This document shows positions 61,881 through 64,000 of a stretch of DNA of 64,000 nt, in pieces. Where the stretch lies: contig NC_090332.1 in assembly GCF_035084215.1 (NCBI RefSeq), forward strand, positions 45,880,001 through 45,944,000, in the 5' to 3' direction. The notes under the pieces were generated by a model. The model was not told the origin of the DNA. It saw nothing but the letters and a program-made list of their open reading frames with translations, and ran no database searches. Made by a program: the position numbers and the translations under genes. This DNA is from Heptranchias perlo. Taxonomy: Eukaryota. The stretch's first letter is position 1. Each line of letters opens with the position of its first letter.

Positions 61881-62290
61881 TAATTCATTCTCGGGATGTG
61901 GGTGTTGCTGGCAAGGTGAAGGGCAGGGAGCCTCCTGGTCAATTATTGGCCGCACTGAACAAATAGTTTGAGTAGTGAGTAGTGGTTTGATACAGCCGAG
62001 TGGCTTACCAGGCCAAGTCAGAGGGCAATTAAGAGTCAACCACACTAGTGTGGGACTGGAGTAACGTATAAGCCAGACCGGGAAAGGACGGCAGGTTTCC
62101 TCTCCTAAAAGACATTAGTGAACCAGTTGGGTTTTTATGATGATCCGACAACTTCTTGGTCACTTTTACTGATGATTATTTCCAGATTTTTAAACTGAAT
62201 TCAACTTCTCAAACTGCCATGGTGGGATTTGAACTTGTGTTCTCCAGATTATTAGTGCAGGCCTCTGGATTACTACTAGTCCAGTGGTTA
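61881..62290 (-). mobile_element. tRNA-headed SINE sharing its 5' part and 3' tail with the LINE at 21693-25515
   Basis: B box at 62236-62225 and core CTGGTTCACTAATGTC...GGAAACCTGCCGTCC...GTGGTTGACTCTTAATTGCCCTCTGA, colinear with 25490-25200. Tail CCCACATCCC. Confidence 0.85.
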
Positions 62291-62399
62291 GTATATAATG
62301 TCATGCAGTATGCTAAAATTTATAATTCTAATTTTAAACTATCACTTAGGCTATAATAACTTATTCAATTTTCTGTTGCTAATTTAACACATCATAGTA

Positions 62400-62960
62400 G
62401 TTTGAGTTTTATAAATAGAGGTAATGATAGCCAAGCACTGGTGAGACCACAGACTACTATATGTGGTTTTTGGGACATATTAGAGAAAGGACATTAAAGC
62501 CATAGAGAATATACAAAGTAGAATGACCAGGATGATGCCAGGGATGGGAAAATATAGTTATGAGGAAAGACTTGAGATACAGGAACTTTCACTGGAGCAG
62601 AGAAGGGTTAGAGGAGATTGAAGCAGTTTACAAAATGATGACTGTTCATAGAGTGAATAGTGAAATACCAATTCCCCTGGTTAGGGAGTCAATTTAAAAT
62701 CATCAGTAAGAATGAGGAGAGTGATCAGGAGAAATTTATTTAGAGTTTGAGAGAGTAGAATGCTTTGCCACAGGGAGTAGTTGAGGCAGAGATTATTGAA
62801 TCGTTTAAGGGAAAAGTGGATACATATTTGAAGCAGAGGAAGATAGTAGGCTATGGGGAGAGGGCAGGGCACTGGGATTAGTTGTGGATTTCTCTAGTAA
62901 AGAACCAGCACACACAAAATGGGCTGAATGGCCTCCTGTGCATTAAATGTCTATGGTTAA
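62400..62960 (+). mobile_element. Old CR1 3' fragment
   Basis: LVRP...MPGMG..SYEERL...EQRR.RGD. Confidence 0.75.
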
Positions 62961-63279
62961 ACATATTTTGGAGCTCTGTGTATATGGCCAATGGCAATAT
63001 AAACTACTGTGGCTGCAAGAAAAGTCCGTGTTTAATAGTCTAGTCACAGAAAACAAACAATGGTAGGAGGCTTATTGTGCTGTTAATATATTTAAAGTAT
63101 CTAAATATTGGTAACACTTTTAAAATTAATATGAAGATTGCTATAAATATGATTTATGTAAATGAAAATTATAATCCCAACAGTAGGTTTTGAACTTTGG
63201 ATCACAATTTAAAACTCCAATGCTTTATCAGCTTTCTTGTCCAGATACTAATAATCCACTCACAGAGCAACACAGGCTA

Positions 63280-64000
63280 GGTAGACAGGTTAGTAATTCC
63301 CCAGGGGTCAGTGCTGGGACCATTGCTTTTCTTGATATGTATTAATGACTTGGACTTGGGTGTACAGGGCACAATTTCCAAATTTGCAAATGTGCAAAAC
63401 TTAGAAGGGTAGTAAACAGTGAGGAGGATAGTGATAGACTTCAAGAGGATATAGACAGGCTGGTGGCATGGGCAGACATGCGGCAGATGAAATCTAACAT
63501 AGAAAAATGCGAAGTGATACATTTTGGTAGGAAGAACGAGGAGAGGCAATATAAACTAGAGGGCACAACTCTAAAAGGGATACAGGAACACAGAGATCCT
63601 GGGGTATATGTGCACAATTCATTGAAGGTGGCAGGGCATGTTGAGAAAGTGGTTAAAAAAGTATATGGAATCCTGGGCTTTATAAATAAAGGCATAGAGT
63701 AGAAAAGTATGGAAGTCATGATGAACCTTCATAAAACACTGGTTCAACCGCAACTGAAGTATTGTGTCCAGTTCTGGGCACCGCACTTTAGGAAAGATGT
63801 GAAGGCCTTAGAAAAGGTGCAGAAGAGATTTACTAGAATGATTCCAGGGATGAGGGACTTTAGTTATGCGGGTAGACTGGAGAGCTGAGTTGTTCTCCTT
63901 GGAACAGAGATGGTTGTGAGGAGATTTGATCGAGGTATTCAAAATCATGAAAGGTCTAGACAGAGTAGGTAGAGAGAAAGTGTTCCCGTTGGCAGAAGGG
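63280..64000 (+). mobile_element. CR1 RT/C-terminal fragment running off the window
   Basis: PQGSVLGP, KCEVIHFGRKN and YCVQFWAP motifs. Confidence 0.9.

Overview
Eukaryotic, repeat-rich vertebrate DNA, most likely a cartilaginous fish (inferred from the CR1/L2/Penelope/DeuSINE-type repeat content). I read the genes by hand from splice sites. (1) The first coding exon of PUS10 lies on the minus strand at 1308-1433. (2) It is head-to-head with a complete 4-exon PEX13 on the plus strand (2993-29693, 401 aa); their shared promoter holds seven CCAAT boxes at an exact 41-bp period. (3) An unrecognised 6-7 exon coiled-coil gene on the minus strand (55638-35430) has an in-frame TGA that interrupts an apparently continuing frame. 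(4) A second CpG-rich bidirectional promoter at about 60.7-61.25 kb drives that gene and a plus-strand non-coding first exon, possibly SANBR/KIAA1841 by synteny. Introns and intergenic space hold nested CR1, L2 and other LINEs, SINEs, two Harbinger elements and Penelope fragments, one with a minimal hammerhead ribozyme. One LINE has a tRNA-SINE-type 5' end fused to a single EN-RT frame, and a short SINE-like derivative of it is also present. No searches were run, and repeat boundaries are approximate.
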